Below are positions 1 through 13,689 of a DNA stretch of 64,000 nucleotides, one piece after another. The translations under genes and the position numbers were made by a program. The notes beneath the pieces were generated by a model, which saw nothing but the letters and a program-made list of their open reading frames with translations, ran no database searches and had not been told where the DNA came from. Origin of the DNA: Lama guanicoe. Taxonomy: Eukaryota. The DNA lies in the NCBI GenBank assembly GCA_013239625.1, contig MU053652.1, positions 6,811,902 through 6,875,901 on the forward strand. The letters are read 5' to 3'. Each line of letters opens with the position of its first letter. Positions within the stretch are counted from its first letter, which is position 1.

Positions 1-199
1 ATCTTTCTCACTTGAGAATAAGAGCTTTAAGGGACATCTCTACTCATCTTTGTATGTCAAGTTTAAAGGCAATTTGTTGCATATAGTAAGTAGTAATAAA
101 GAGAAAAAGTAGGAGAAAAAGAAAAATTGAGAGGGAAAGAGGGAGAAAAAAGGATATAAAGCAGAAAATAAGAAAAGGTTAAGTGGTGGGGTAGCAGGT

Positions 200-530
200 A
201 GAAGCAAAAGTTTTCAACAATTTCAAAAACTTCCAGAATGAGAAGTAAGATTTAATGAAACAAAAAAATAATGCATACCACATGGCCAAGAAAATAATGG
301 AGCATTGATAACAAAGTAAAAACTTTCCACTCTTAAAACTAAATGTCATTTCAGGAAGAAAGCAATAGAGCTTATTAGAAATTAGGGCAACAGAGAAATC
401 CTTAAAGAGAGAATCAATGAAGTCAAAAAATAAAAAAAAGCCATGGTCTGTCAGATTCATATCATCTGTTAAGAGATTAGTGAACAAAATCCTGACTCCC
501 AATTCCTATATATCACCAGTCTGTTAACAT
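200..530 (+). mobile_element. Very old L1 ORF1/HAL1-like fragment
   Basis: A-rich + strand with stretches resembling the L1 ORF1 3' half (gaaatccttaaa...gtcagattc; ccaattcctatatatcaccagtctg); heavily decayed. Confidence 0.35.
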
Positions 531-2334
531 TTAATAATTTAAACCAGAAAACAGAAAAATAGTGTTTTATCTTACAGTTATTAAAGCTAAGAATAAATCA
601 GATGAGAGCATTTGTATGGACATATTGTAAAACCTCAAGATTTCTTGATTTTTGTATTATTTATAAAAACTAATTTTTTTTATTAAAATAAAGATTCTCT
701 CTCCCTTTGCCACATATAGTGAGTAAATCTCTGGTACTGAGAACAGTGAATAGTTATTAAAATCATTTCCAAATGATCTGAATGCAGCTATTCTGGCTTT
801 TGTCCTCAGACTGACATTTAGAATCACTCTTCAGAGCTCCCTATTGTTCATGTTAGTCACTATCCAAAAGGCTGATTGCTTGGATCCCATTTCTAATGTG
901 TTCAGGCATCATCACTGCCTTCCATCCTTCCAGTCCCTAATGTGTTCACATTTTGGCTGAAACAACCAATGCCCAAACCCAATACTCACTGAGTTCCATT
1001 TCTAATGTACTAACCAGAGAATTCTTAAGAATCATCTGCAACATGTGAGGATTTAGTTCCTCATGCCAAGCCAAGTATCCCAAATGCATAAAATGGAAAT
1101 CTGAAATCTGTTTCGTGATATCTTTGGGAGACTAATAGTGAGTTGATCTGCCATCACAAAAGCTCAAGAGAATGCACTGTCTCCCACAGGTAAGCCTCAG
1201 TAGATGGAGTTCAGCTCCAACATACTGCCAATCCAGAAGCTGGTGCTCTGAGACTGTACTGCACTCCCAATAATGGAATCAACGTGGTCAGAGAAGAGAA
1301 ATGAACCCAAACACGTCAGAGGATTACCCTTTCCAGCCTACCTGCAACACTGTGTGGAATGCCTCTTCCCTTTCCTAGAAGCTGTTCCTAGAATATGTAT
1401 ATCTAACAGCCCATACAGAATAGCATAATTAGAAAAGGAGGAAACTGAGTGCTTCCATAGCATTTTACAATTATTAGAAGCCAAGCAATAAGGATTTTCA
1501 CAATAAATCATTGCCAGGTTTGGTCTTCTGGCTGAAGATTTTAAAGAGCTCAGCACATTCTGAAGATGTCTGAAATCCTCAGGCTTCTGTCAATAAATTC
1601 AAAACCCAGAGCTTAGTGTCAGCTGTTTTAAAAAGGGAAGACGGTCCAAATCCATAATAAATTTTCAGGTAAAAACCAACATTGTTATTGTATTAAGGGC
1701 AAAATGTCATGAATGCATTCAAATCTTTCTCAGTTGGAAAGGCCAAGTGGAAGACACATCAAAATACATGAGATCAATAGAGAAAACAAGTCTATTTTGT
1801 TTCTGTTTTTAACTAGAAGTTTCAAGACACTTAAAGGACTATCATAGTGTCTTTTGGAACTAGGAGCAACATATGAAATAGCTGATGAGTATATTAAGTA
1901 TGAGATATGGTAAGATCAGAGAATGCAAGATGCTATAAAAAAAGACATTGAAGAGAAGGACACACAAACCTGCTTTCAGGTAAAATCTAGATGATCTAGA
2001 AATGTAATTATTTGGACAAGTGTTTTAAATAAATTGTACTTTATGTGGCAAGAACTGGATTTAGTATTCTATCACTTGAATAGATAGATGAAAATTTAAG
2101 AAAAGATAGGCTATATCTAGATGACTGTGTGAACTGCTTCCGTCTTTACTATTAATCATGCAGATGTTGTCACATATCAACTTAGAATAATGTTAAAAGG
2201 ATTCATGGCTTTTAAATTAGAAACAGTTTTTATGCAGCCCAAGTAGAGAAGAGAGGATGAAAATATGTAAACACATTTGATATAGCCAAAAAATATATTT
2301 AACCCAGTTAATTGAAACCTTGGGAATTTATTAG

Positions 2335-2670
2335 GAATAATAACTGAACTTCTATAACGTATACCCCAAAATCTCAGCAGGGAATGAAATAAAGTTTATG
2401 TCACATTCACCAACCTGTGATTGGCAGATGACTTCAGACATGGTAATTCAGAGACCCAAGCTCTTCCATTTTATGATATCACCCTCCTTTAGGTCCTCCA
2501 AGACCATTCTGTTCAGTCAACAACGGGTGAAGATCATTTCAGAGGTGGTTTTCATGGACTAGTCCTAGAAGATGGGTACATCACTTTTGCCCATATTCTA
2601 TGGACACACATAACTAATGAAGGCAGGAAAATGTGCTCTAGATCTGCAATCAGGAAGAAAGGAAAACAAC
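2335..2670 (-). mobile_element. Old MaLR LTR (MLT1J/K/L-like)
   Basis: Motifs ccccaaaatctcag...aaagtttat, attcagagacccaagct, atcacttttgcccatattc, gcaggaaaatgtgctctag resemble reverse-strand MLT1 LTR consensus. Confidence 0.7.
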
Positions 2671-5049
2671 TGTCTAGAACAATTATTTGCAAAGAATATT
2701 ATTAAGTTTTTTCTTGAAAAATTTCATTGCCAGTAATTCTTACTCTTCATGTACACGAAAGGTTAACAAATATAATTCCAAGAAGTCAATAAAATACAGT
2801 GTCTTAATATCATGTCAAAGTTCTGAAACGGATTTCGTGTTAGAGGAAAGGATTTACCTTTCTTATAGTTACCATAATTCCTTTTAAATATAGAAATATG
2901 TTTAAGGGATGTAATGTGACTGAAGACCATGTTAAATAGAAATATACCATATTTAGATTTCATAACAAGTTATTCTCTCCATTCTCTGCAGCTGGTTTGA
3001 GCTGAATATTTAGCATACCGACAGTAGTAGCTAAAAATTGGTTGCTGGGATAAAATTCAGAAGAAATCTTTTTAAAATGTTTTAATCCTCACCATCAGAT
3101 TCTCCTTTCCTAATGCAAACATATAAAAAGGGACAAAAGACAGTGATATACGTTACTTCATTTAATTTAAAGATGAAATTTAATTTAAAGTTAATTTCAC
3201 TTTTAATTTAAAATTTAATTTAAAGTTAGGTTACTGTTTCTTGGAAGTTTTAAAGTTTAAATGTCTAAAAAAGGGTATAAGAGACAACTATAAAATACCA
3301 GTAATTGGGGGAAAATACAAATTGAATAACTGTCTTATGTATAGGGTAATATTGCTTTTAGTACCCATGTTTTGTGGCTTTATTCTATTGTTTATCAGAG
3401 GAAAGGTGTTTTTGTTTCTATTAGTAGCAGTTTGTGTGACACTGAAGAATAATAAAGGAGTCCCTGAGAGAAACAGTCTCGTGTATGAGCATTCGCTCAG
3501 GCTTTGTGACTGGGAAAATGATCTCAGAGCCCCATTTTCCTTGCACGTAAAATATTGTATATAGCAGGAAGTTCACAGGAATCCTGAGAGGGTTAAGTAT
3601 GAAACATGTAAGTGGATGAACACACACCTGGAATCGTGTAAGTGAAAGTCATGGGGTAAAGCAAGTTGATCTTATCTTTTGGGAATACATTTGAGACTCA
3701 TTTTCATTGTTTCATTCAAATGGATGAACTAATCTTTGCCCCATTTATCTTACAAGTAAAAAATTAAATAATGGTGCTGAAGGGATTCTATGCAAGTAAG
3801 AAGGCTAACAACTCTGGGATGCTATGAATTGCAAAGCATCACTGTATTTCCTCGGATGACATCTAAGATGATCTCGTCTGGGTTCCCAAAAGACATGTTA
3901 CAGAGTGAGGCTTTGGCATCCTTTATGAAATCTTCTGTACATTGGTAGAATTCCTGTGCCACATTAAAAGCTACAGGAGTGCTTCTGAATTGCTCTGGTG
4001 CAGCAGAGGGTTAACCAGATCTCAGTCCCTGCTTATTTCACAACATAAAGGAAGGTTGTTTCAGAGATCAGATGAGTTTCAGCTAGAGTAAGTACAGCAG
4101 CAAAGCAAGAATGCTGTTGCCTGGGAAGTAAAGAAATGCGAGAGGTAATCAATTTCTTGCAATCTTTATTTTGCTCACCCACTTGATTTGAAACCACATA
4201 TTGCTTTTCCCAAAATTAACAGTTAAGGCATCTTCTTGCAACTCGACAGGCATTACAACGTACACTCAATTTTGAGTATATAGAAATGCCCATCATAAAA
4301 AATCTTCTGAGGCATCTATATTTAAAATAACAGCATTTTCTAGTTAAGCCAGCAAATTTTAACACATGGAAATAAAGAAATTTCTGGCAAATTAGCTCTG
4401 TGGTATAAGCCATGGTTAACTAGGTGCGTATTTATTCATTTATTTTACACAATCTGCTCATTTGTTTCAAAAGTAGACAGTACAATTTCGGTGCTCATTG
4501 TAAGCTCAGTTCGTTTTGGTTCCTTACTGTGCTTTCTTGGCATCTGCTTTTACGGAAATATAGCTGGTCATTAACACAGCTTTGCATGCCTTACAACTAT
4601 GTTGTTTTTCATGCAAAATAAGACACTTGTAAAATAATTACAGATGGGAAAGCATGCCCCATGGAATTTTTTCTTCATTACAAAATTATCCTATTCTCAT
4701 CATTTTACATCCACTTCATTATAAGGGGAGAATACAGGGAAAAATCAAAGATTTCAGTTATCATAGCAATCTTCAGAGTCCTTGTTTTTTCAAAGTGAGA
4801 AGTGATGGATTATATATAAAAGGAATAATTTTGGCAAGATTTACTTAATAAATTATTTTCAATCCCCCTTTTCACCACCCTCTCCATTCTATAAGAATAG
4901 CTTCTCCGAGCCATAAAGTATGCTTCTCCTAAGACTTCCAGATATTAAAGTCATGGTGGACTTGGCAGCTAAAATCCAGAAAAGGATCTGCCATAAAGTA
5001 CTGTTTAGTTATCACTGTATCCTGCTTTCCTTTCCATCCATCAGTAGGA

Positions 5050-5540
5050 TGACCCTGAGCTGAATCTTCTTCATGTGACTCCAGATCTATTCTCCACCCT
5101 TCTCCGCCCTGCCATGTGCCCAGAAAACTGACCTATGTGGACTGCATCAACTGGTACCCCTGGCCTTCTAACTCCACATTAGGTTCAGCCACTGGAAAGC
5201 ACTAGCAGGTGATTTCAGGGAAGGAGGAGAGGGAAGGTGAGGGTGTAGTCTTCAAACTCTATCATTGCGAGGCATCAGCTGGCAGTGTCTTTACCCCTCC
5301 ACTGAAGTTCAGAGCTCCTATTGGGCAGTCCCCTCCTACAGCTTTCATTCTTCACAGTTTCTGGTAACTTCTTCTCTTTGCCAAGTCAAGGCTGACAGTG
5401 GTAATGTCTTCAAACTGGAGTTAGCTCCAGGATACACCATCATCTTTGCTTAGCTTCCTTTGCTCACATATTTCATGTAGTCCCTTCATTAAAATATGTC
5501 ATTATCTTTGTTGAGAATGCCATCTATTTCCTGAACAACC
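5050..5540 (+). mobile_element. ERVL solo LTR (LTR33-like)
   Basis: ctccacccttctccgccctgc...ctgacctatgtggactgcatca...ggttcagccactggaaagcactagcagg, ending attaaa...tgccatctatttcctg, as in the LTR33 family. Confidence 0.75.
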
Positions 5541-5604
5541 CACATCCCTACTCATAGTCTGTTTCTGTGGAAACAGAGATACAACAGGATTGAGATTTCC
5601 TGAA

Positions 5605-5760
5605 TTACAGAATGACTGACTGTTAGAATTGGAAAGGAGTCTCATGCACATACCCATGATGAAAATGAGACCCCAAAATATGAAGTCTTCTGCCTAATCA
5701 CATAGCTAATGGGTTGGAGAGATGAGATCATAATCAAAGTCTCTCAACTCCCAGTCAAGA
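5605..5760 (-). mobile_element. MIR SINE fragment
   Basis: ttagaattggaaagg...gatgaaaatgagacccc...tcacatagcta...tctcaactcccagtc, reverse MIR core. Confidence 0.6.
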
Positions 5761-7369
5761 TTTTTTGGTTTTGCCCCTTTTATCTTAACATCTGTATTTG
5801 ATCATCTAGAATCCAAACATGAGAGGAGTCACATGGATATGAGTTTTGCTTTACATATTTCTTTATCATATCTTTGTTTGTTTTTTGATGCATTTTTTGA
5901 GGAAGATTCATAAAAGCAATGGAAATGAAAGAGATAAATACAAGATAAACAGAAGGTAGTTGAGGAATACAATGTAGGGACGTTGATAGTTGGATTTTTA
6001 AACGTCAATCATTAGAAATATTCACTTTAGCATCCCCAGTTTATCTCTTCAGTTTATGCTGAGAATAAGTAGACTCTTCATGGAGAGTAAATTCTGTGTC
6101 TAAATCATTTAATGCACAGTTGCTAACCTCACATTAAAAAGGCTCGTTATTTCATGAAATGGGCTCAAGAGGAGCTTCAAGTCTGTATTTCAAAGATGGG
6201 GAAATAAAACATATTTCTATTAAATGATTAGCTTTCCCAGGATAGACATAAAACTCCTCAAATCTAATACTAATGTAAAAAAATTCACTTTTCTCATGTG
6301 TAACCTATTATTTTATTCCTTGTAGAATCTACAATCAGAAATAGTTTCTAAGAAGAATCCTCAGCACCTTTTATTAAACTACTTCTATAAAACAGAATTA
6401 AAATACATTTACTTTGTGCCTTCCCCCTTCCTATGAGCAAGACAATATGCAGAAAATAAAAATAAATTATTACATAATCTGGTTGGAAAAAGTTCTCCTT
6501 TAGTTTGCAACTATGATTGTGCATGTAGAACTTAGTAATCAACATTAAAAAAAAACAGAAAAGACGATTTATAATCCATACACACAAAGCAATTCATAAG
6601 CAGTCCTCACTTAATCAGTTCTGTTTTACTTTTCAAAGGCTTACTTAACTGCCAAAAATAGAAACATCTAATATAAAACACTGTGATATTATCATTTTAA
6701 TGGGATAATTCAATTGCTAAAATATCATTTTGCCTGAATTCATCAAACATCTGCAGTACATATTCATTGTGAAATCCCAGATATTTGTGTATCACAAAAA
6801 TCATTTTTATCTTAGAACATAAATCAGAGGACGATTTGAAAAAAGGTGCCAGCTGATTTCATATTGAAAGAGGGTACACAGTAAAATAACCAACATCTAT
6901 GGCAGTCATGAATAACACTAGATCGTAGCCTCATTAAAGATCCATAGCTTTGAATCTAGCTTTCGGTGTAATTTCAAACACAGCCTACATGAGTATATAC
7001 ATCAAAAAAGATTAAGTGGGAAAAATATACAAATCAGTGATCTATCAATAATAAAATAGCTATGAGAAAAAACACATGCGACCTGGAAAAAAGACAATTA
7101 AGATTTATTAATGACCTGGCACATTTCCTCTGACAAAATGAGGACCACTCTAACGGTGGTCATCAGGAGTTGGCTGAGTGTAATGCAGCCCCCACAGGCA
7201 TTAGGATCCAGGACACCCCTGAGCATCATACACTGGCCCAGAGAAAACAGAGAATGATGCCAAACTGACCCAACTGGTATTTTCTCAAATCATACGGTTT
7301 CATCATTACTACCCAGTGCAAGCAGAAAAGCAAGATGAAAACATGAAAAACAGCAACTAGGATTACATG

Positions 7370-7660
7370 ATATTAAAGGGTCCATCTTATCTATCTCTGT
7401 ATTTCTAGTACTTAGCATGGTGCCCATAAACGCTGATCCTTACAGTCAAGTCATTAAATGTTAGACTGCACTGAATAAATTAACTGGAGCTCCTTCACAA
7501 CTAGTAATGTATCAGCTTGAACAACCTGGTTCAAACCTGAGCTTCAGTCTCAATATCTGAAAATTGGAAATTACAATACTGCTACCTCTGGGGCTGATTT
7601 TTCCCCAAGAATGAAATGAGATCATGCACATGAACACACTCTTGGGACTTCAACGTACCA
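7370..7660 (+). mobile_element. L2 3' end followed by MIR fragment
   Basis: tctgtatttctagtacttagcatggtgccc...taaatgtt...gaat (L2 tail), then ctgagcttcagtctcaatatctgaaaattggaa...aaatgagatcatgca (MIR core). Confidence 0.6.
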
Positions 7661-9097
7661 TTAAAGACAACGCTTGTGTTTATGTTACTATCTTAATATT
7701 TATGGGTTAAAAAAAGACTGCTAGTTTTGTCACTGGCATTCGTCTGTTCAACACATAGTTAGATGATTTTTATTTTCCTTATGAAATTCAACAATATCTT
7801 CACTTTCAATGAAAAATGACTTGCAAATACTTTTGGTTTTTTTTTTAACACATTTGACTTTATTACAGAAAGACTGCATCATTTTTTCAATAGAAATGAG
7901 AGAGTTCCATAATAAGGACACAAACAGCAAAGAGCTGTGAAGTCAGGCATTTCAGGACATGTGTGTCTACATAGCTAATGCTCCCCGTGAGGGACATCCT
8001 ATGGGCATGAGAGACAGTTGAATCTTACCAGTGAGAAAATGACTGAACACATTCATTCTTACAGCAAGCTCCCAGTGTCTGTGACAGCCAATCTTGGGCA
8101 GGGACCGGAAGGAAGTGGTTTATGTAGTCCAAAGCAGTGCAGTCGAGGCAGCTCAAGGGGCTTCTCAAAAAAGCTGAAGAGCTGAGAAATTTCTAGAAAT
8201 GTTGTAAACAAATTTATCCCTGGAAGAATATGAGTCCCTTTCTCACCTTTGGGAAAAGTTATAGTGTCTTGTGAAACAAGATCAGTGTTACTGATCACAG
8301 GAATACCTTTACGACTTGGAAAACAGAACAGTAACTATAGATGAGAAATGAGGGCACAGGTGACAGAAAATCAATAATTGAGTACTGTTGGTGAATGTGG
8401 GAGAAAAGTCACCTTGAGGCAAGAAAGAGATGGTGGTAGGGGTTTTTTGAAATCCATGTGAATATTTCTACATTCCCAAAAGATATTAATCTCTAGAATT
8501 TGGGAACAAGACATGAGAATTCTCTAAATCATAGGTTACTCATAAACTCCTTCCAGCATTCTTTATACTCATTGCTCCTTATCATAGATAATAAAATGCA
8601 TACTAGGTTTGAAAATATTTTAGTAGTATTTTTTAAAAATTAGCTTATAGCAAATATTAAAAAACTGGAAAACACCTGCAAACATTATTGGCTAGTTTTC
8701 AATTAATACCATTGGGCAATCCTATCAAGGTTAAAAGTCCTATTTTATTTCCAAAATGTGGTATTTCTTAAAACATCCTTATGAGATTTGTATAAACTCC
8801 ACTATGCACACAGAGTTATTAATCTCCATTTTATTAGCAGGAATGCCTCATGGCTGGCAGAAGACAGGACCACCACCAACAGCTGACACAGATGCAACTA
8901 TGAGCAAGACTGGCTGATTATGTTGTGACTGACTGTCTCCTAAGTGTTTCTGCGCTGATTCTCAGAATTGTGAACCTTCTTCACCTTGACTCGAACGTCA
9001 TCATTACTTCTTCTGCTTCCAACTTGACATCAGTGGTTTCCTTCAAACCAGGAATATCTCTGTGTTCACACTGAGGCTTTCAATCTTTCAAGAGAAT

Positions 9098-9228
9098 CAT
9101 AAGACTTTTTTTCCCAAGCTCCCAATTTCTCAACTGACTTTTCTTAGGATTTTGGATTCAGAAAATCCTAAGAAATCTTACACTTCCTGAGAATCACTGG
9201 GAAGAAATTCCTGCATTGAAATCCTATG
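9098..9228. repeat. Imperfect long inverted repeat with perfect 14-bp core arms
   Basis: tttcttaggatttt (9140-9153), 8-nt loop, aaaatcctaagaaa (9162-9175); outer arms ttccca/tgggaa, ttctca/tgagaa and cataagactt/aaatcctatg also pair. Confidence 0.75.
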
Positions 9229-9289
9229 CAAGACAAACCGTGTTTTCCACATCAATAAATGGCATCACAGAAGGCAGTTTCTTGAGTTG

Positions 9290-10115
9290 GCATATAAGCC
9301 TGAGCCCTTGATTTCTCTGTCTCTCTCCTTCATGCCCAGTCTTCTCAATGCTACTTTCCACATATCCTGAGCCATCATCATCTCTCCAGTGACACGTCTA
9401 CCATTACCACCTCTCCTCACCCTCAGACAACAGTCTCTTAGGTGACCTTCCTGCTCCCATTTCTGATCCAATAAAATCAATTCAACACACAACAGTCAGG
9501 AGAGAAATTTTGAACATATCATTTATATCTTGTTACTTCCATGCTTAAAACCCCCCCATCCTTTCCTATTATACCTAAAGTTCAAAATTCATAGTTTGCC
9601 TTCCAAATTCCTAATAGTCTAGCTTTCCAACCCCATCCCATACCATCCTCAGCCTGAATTCCAGGAGCACTGGCTTTCTGTTTGTCAAATAAGCTAGCTC
9701 TATGAGCTTTTGCTCTATTTGGTTTCTCCCTAAATTGCTGTTGCCTTACACATTCAGGGATCAGCTTAGAATTCACCTCCAAGTGACCACTAAATCTACA
9801 GTAGACTACAGTGTACTCTGTATGATACCAACTTGTTTAAATTCTCTGTTTAAATACTCTGTATTATGCCAACTTGTTTAAAGTATTTACCACTATGTTT
9901 TTTTCCATTGCCCCTTCTCTTCTTTCCTTCCTTTCCCTCCTTTTCCTTTCTTTCTTTGTTTCCCTTCTTCTCCTTTTACTAAAATGTAAACTATAGTAAA
10001 GCAAACACCATCCATTTTGCTCAATGCTACATCCCAAGCACTTTAGAACAGTGCGTGGCTCACAGAAGGTGCTCAATAAATGCTCATTAGCTGAATGACT
10101 AAATGAATGAAGGAA
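9290..10115 (+). mobile_element. L2 LINE 3' region (fragmented)
   Basis: Pyrimidine-rich L2 body motifs (ccatcatctctcc, gcttaaaaccc) and the diagnostic tail agaacagtgcgtggctcacagaaggtgctcaataaatgct...tgaatgactaaatgaatgaa. Confidence 0.8.
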
Positions 10116-10307
10116 GGAATAAAAAAGGGATGCTTTGGGTCACACATTTAAATTGAGCTTTCGTTTCCTAAACCCTAGCATGACAATAATGCTGCTTTCC
10201 TCTCAGAGTCGTTGTAAAATTATATGTGATTAGTTTGTGATAATACTTGCAGAAACTGGTGTGAAAATGGAAGCTATTAAGATACTAAGGCTATAAGAAG
10301 AGAATTA

Positions 10308-10410
10308 AATATATATATATATATATATTTTTTGTATCACTATATATGTATATTTTTGTATCACTATATATATATTTTTTTGTATCACTATATATATATA
10401 TATATATATA
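10308..10410. repeat. Compound (TA)n microsatellite containing three copies of ttttgtatcactatata
   Basis: Read directly from sequence. Confidence 0.9.
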
Positions 10411-10739
10411 CATTTTTAAAAATTAAGACATATTTTTAAGGGGTAAAATATTGGGGGTTACCAAACTTACTTACCTAACTTAAAGATCTAGGCTTTAGTA
10501 AATGGGAGGAAAAAGAAGAAAAGGGCTTTGTGTTATTGAGTACTTCAAGGAGATCCAAGACCACGTTAGGATTTTCACATATTATACATCTCTGGGGTGG
10601 TATTGTTATATCAATTTATAAATAAGGAATTCACCCCAGGAACATTAGGTTTGTATGTCCTCAAACCAGCTGCTCTTCCTGTCACATCACCTTGCCCTCA
10701 TCAGTGCTAGGAAAATGGTCTAACACAGAAGTCTCCAAC

Positions 10740-11380
10740 AGTTGTATTCCATGTTATATCTTCAAATGCCAGTTCTACCTCTACCTTTTTCAGAGAAATC
10801 GCACCCCCAGCCCCTGCTGAGAGGCTGTCAGGTCCCAAAACTCCGTGTCACTTTAGTGCCCTCCTCAGGTATGCACCTCTGACCTAAGAGGCGTCTTCGG
10901 TGGCCTGGCTTTAAAAACTATGATGAGTCAACTGGATTGCTTTCTTGCGTACTTGAATTAAAAACAAGAAGCAAGTGTTAGTTATCTGGAGATCTTGAAA
11001 CAGATCATTTATGAGGTCGAGTCAGGAAAAAAAATTAGCCAAGTTATGAAGCACAGTCAGGAATGAGGTGGTACCCAGGCAAGCCAAAGCCCTCCACAAG
11101 CTGAGGCCATTAAAGAGTGCAAGTAATAAATCAGGAAAAAGGGGAGACAAGAGCAAGGAGCACACATGCTGAGACTAGAGAGACCACGCAGCTCCTAATT
11201 GACGACGAGAGAACCTTTAATTTCCTACTTCTTAGTTTCAGTTCCCATAAGACTGTGTTTCCTATCTTTGGATACAACTGCCTGTTATATCTTTATAAGA
11301 AAATACATTACCCATTCCTTTTTGCTGGCGCTAGCTAGAGAGTTCTCTCTTTCTTAAAACTAAAATGACGGTAACTAGAA
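10740..11380 (+). mobile_element. Probable old ERVL-class LTR
   Basis: More GC-rich island ending in a ...ccattccttttt gct...gctagctagagagttctctctttctta...actaaaa type terminus seen in LTR16/LTR41-like families; subfamily not resolved. Confidence 0.4.
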
Positions 11381-13689
11381 CACATTATGTTGTCTGGAAA
11401 AGCCCTCGCGTGTGTTATATCTACAGAAAGAGTGTTTTCACCTCAAGGTATGAGTTTCTGTTTTATTTTTAGATACACTTTTATCTGCTACCTCAGTTGG
11501 AGAAAGGAGAATAAATCCTGGTTGTGATCTCTTGCTTTTAGGAAAGGAAGAAGTTCAAAAATAGAAGAAATAATAGATAGAAATGATCATTTACTCATTA
11601 CCTCCTCCCAGTCTCAGTCACAGGGCCAGAAAACTCAGCTTTATACAATGAGACCTACATCCATCATCACATAGCTAGGATTTCTAAAGAAACTGTCTTG
11701 CAGGAACAAACAATTAATAAAAAATAACAGCAAATGAGGATCCCTAAACATATCTAAGAGGTTGTGTTTTACATGTTAATTAATGCAAATTTTATTACAA
11801 CTATCAGTGTCTCATTGATTTAATCTAATCATTTTTATTCAAACTGAAAGCCCCACAAACTAATGTGCATTTGGAACTTACAGTCCTGACAGCTGAACCT
11901 AAGTTCCAGTAGAAAGTATCTTTATGCAATAGAAATGTACTGTTAAGACAAATATGAGCTATGGTTGACATAAAACACAACGATACTGTGAATATCAAAC
12001 TAATGCAGAAAAAGTCTGCTAATTACATGCCATGACTCGAAAGGAGTAAGATTAATGTCCTTATGTGACTTAATAAACCCACTCTAATTATTTTACAGTC
12101 ACACTACTATAACCTCAGACCAAATTGTAAAGTGCTGTTTTTCAAGTTAATAAAAAGCAAAGACAGGTTTTCTGAGTGGATGAGTGTTTTTAGGCATGGA
12201 TACATAGATGGTAGTTGGGTTTCTGGATATGCACAGAGGAAATAAAGTATGCAATATAAGTTTAAGTGTTTAAGCAGGAGAAGCAAAGCTTGTGAGACAT
12301 TAGCTCAGCCCCCACACCAGGGGGCTGTAAAGTTGTTCTTATAGACACTTGATTAACAATTACCCATTTGCCAAGGGCTCAATCTCAGTTCTCTTGTTAG
12401 AACTTTCTATAAAGACAAAAAGTGAGCTTTGCTCCCCTAGACCATTTACTCCAGCAGTTCTCCTGTGGATCCTCTGCTCTGTTGTCTCCTATTATCCCAT
12501 TAATCTCCTTGTGAAACTTGATGACATCCTGCAGGTCACCCACCACCCAGAAGCTACTGTCATGACCACTGCTAATCCCTCCAACAGTCCATTGTCTTTG
12601 GCTGATGGTTCCCTGAAGCTAGTGCAGGAGCACTGTACCCCGCTCTCTCCATTGTTAACTGCCACGATCACCTCTCCATCTGCCGCCACATCTCCTGTAT
12701 TGGCTTCTATCTGTAGCCAGTGGGAATCATTTGAAGTGAAAATGGAGGAGGATGGGTCAGCATTATCCTGGAAGCATCATCTACTCTGCCCTGGGAATTT
12801 CTGCTGAGAATAACCTACACTGCTAGACTTTTCCCTGATCACTTGTGGCAATAGTCTCTCAAGAGTTCCACTGGCTCTTCTTTCACAGAACCCTGTATCT
12901 GTTAAGCTGCATGTGATAATATTTCCCACTGTGGATCAATTCTGGGTCCTTCTCCACTTGGCTGCTGGACTCCATATAAATAACAGGCCTTATGATAATT
13001 AAACAGATTCCCCAAAATACAATGATTGTTAAAGATGCTGCCTGCCTATAGCAAATGAAAGACATGTGGAATGGAGGTGGGTGTAATGAAGAGAACAGGG
13101 TTAAATGTTGCTTAACTTCACATAATGCCCTCTCCGAGTACCAACTTTTTATGCAGGCAAGAGACTGGAATCTAGGTAGAAATTTCTGCATAGAAATTCT
13201 AGTTATAAAACATAATGGTAACTTCATATCTCAATGTAAAATATTGCAGGTTCCTTTCCACTGGAGTTGACAAAATGTGAATTTGAATATTTGAGGCTTC
13301 AAGGTCAAGAGAACACGATTGGGGCTGACTTTTTTTGTTGAGAATCAAACACAGGAGTTAGATTTCTTAACTTTGCCATCTTTGTTTCCCTCCACCCACA
13401 TCCTTCTCAGAACCTGTATTCATACTGATAATGTCTGGTTCTAGTAACAAACTTGGATATGCAATAAATTAGCAAGTACTTATGATTAACAACTGCTACC
13501 AAAAATAACTGTCTTTTTTATGACTCAGATGTTGGCATTAACCAATATGTGTGTGTAAGTTTTATTAGAAACTTATTACAGAGTGTTCACTAAGTTTAGA
13601 TGTGAAATAATCTCTCCAAGTGTATAAAATATGAACAGATACAAATTATCTAAAACTCAATTCTTGAATCAGCAATTTAAGATGTCCTT

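Noticed and set aside
880..1015. Three spaced copies of (cca)tttctaatgtg(ttca) suggesting a CRISPR-like array
   Set aside because: Only three short degenerate copies, irregular spacing, mammalian context, no cas genes; an ordinary decayed tandem repeat.
9814..9882. Short direct repeat tactctgtat.at.ccaacttgtttaa
   Set aside because: Simple local slippage duplication inside an L2 remnant.
11375..11480. Donor aag|gtatga at ~11447 paired with acceptor ttttag at ~11472
   Set aside because: The implied ~25-nt intron is too short for a mammalian spliceosomal intron; the same objection applies to pairings at 15637-15684 and 53951-53984.
12349..12807. 152-aa ORF as a protein-coding gene
   Set aside because: Non-ATG start, 5' part overlaps L2-like sequence, low-complexity S/P/T/L composition, no recognisable domain.
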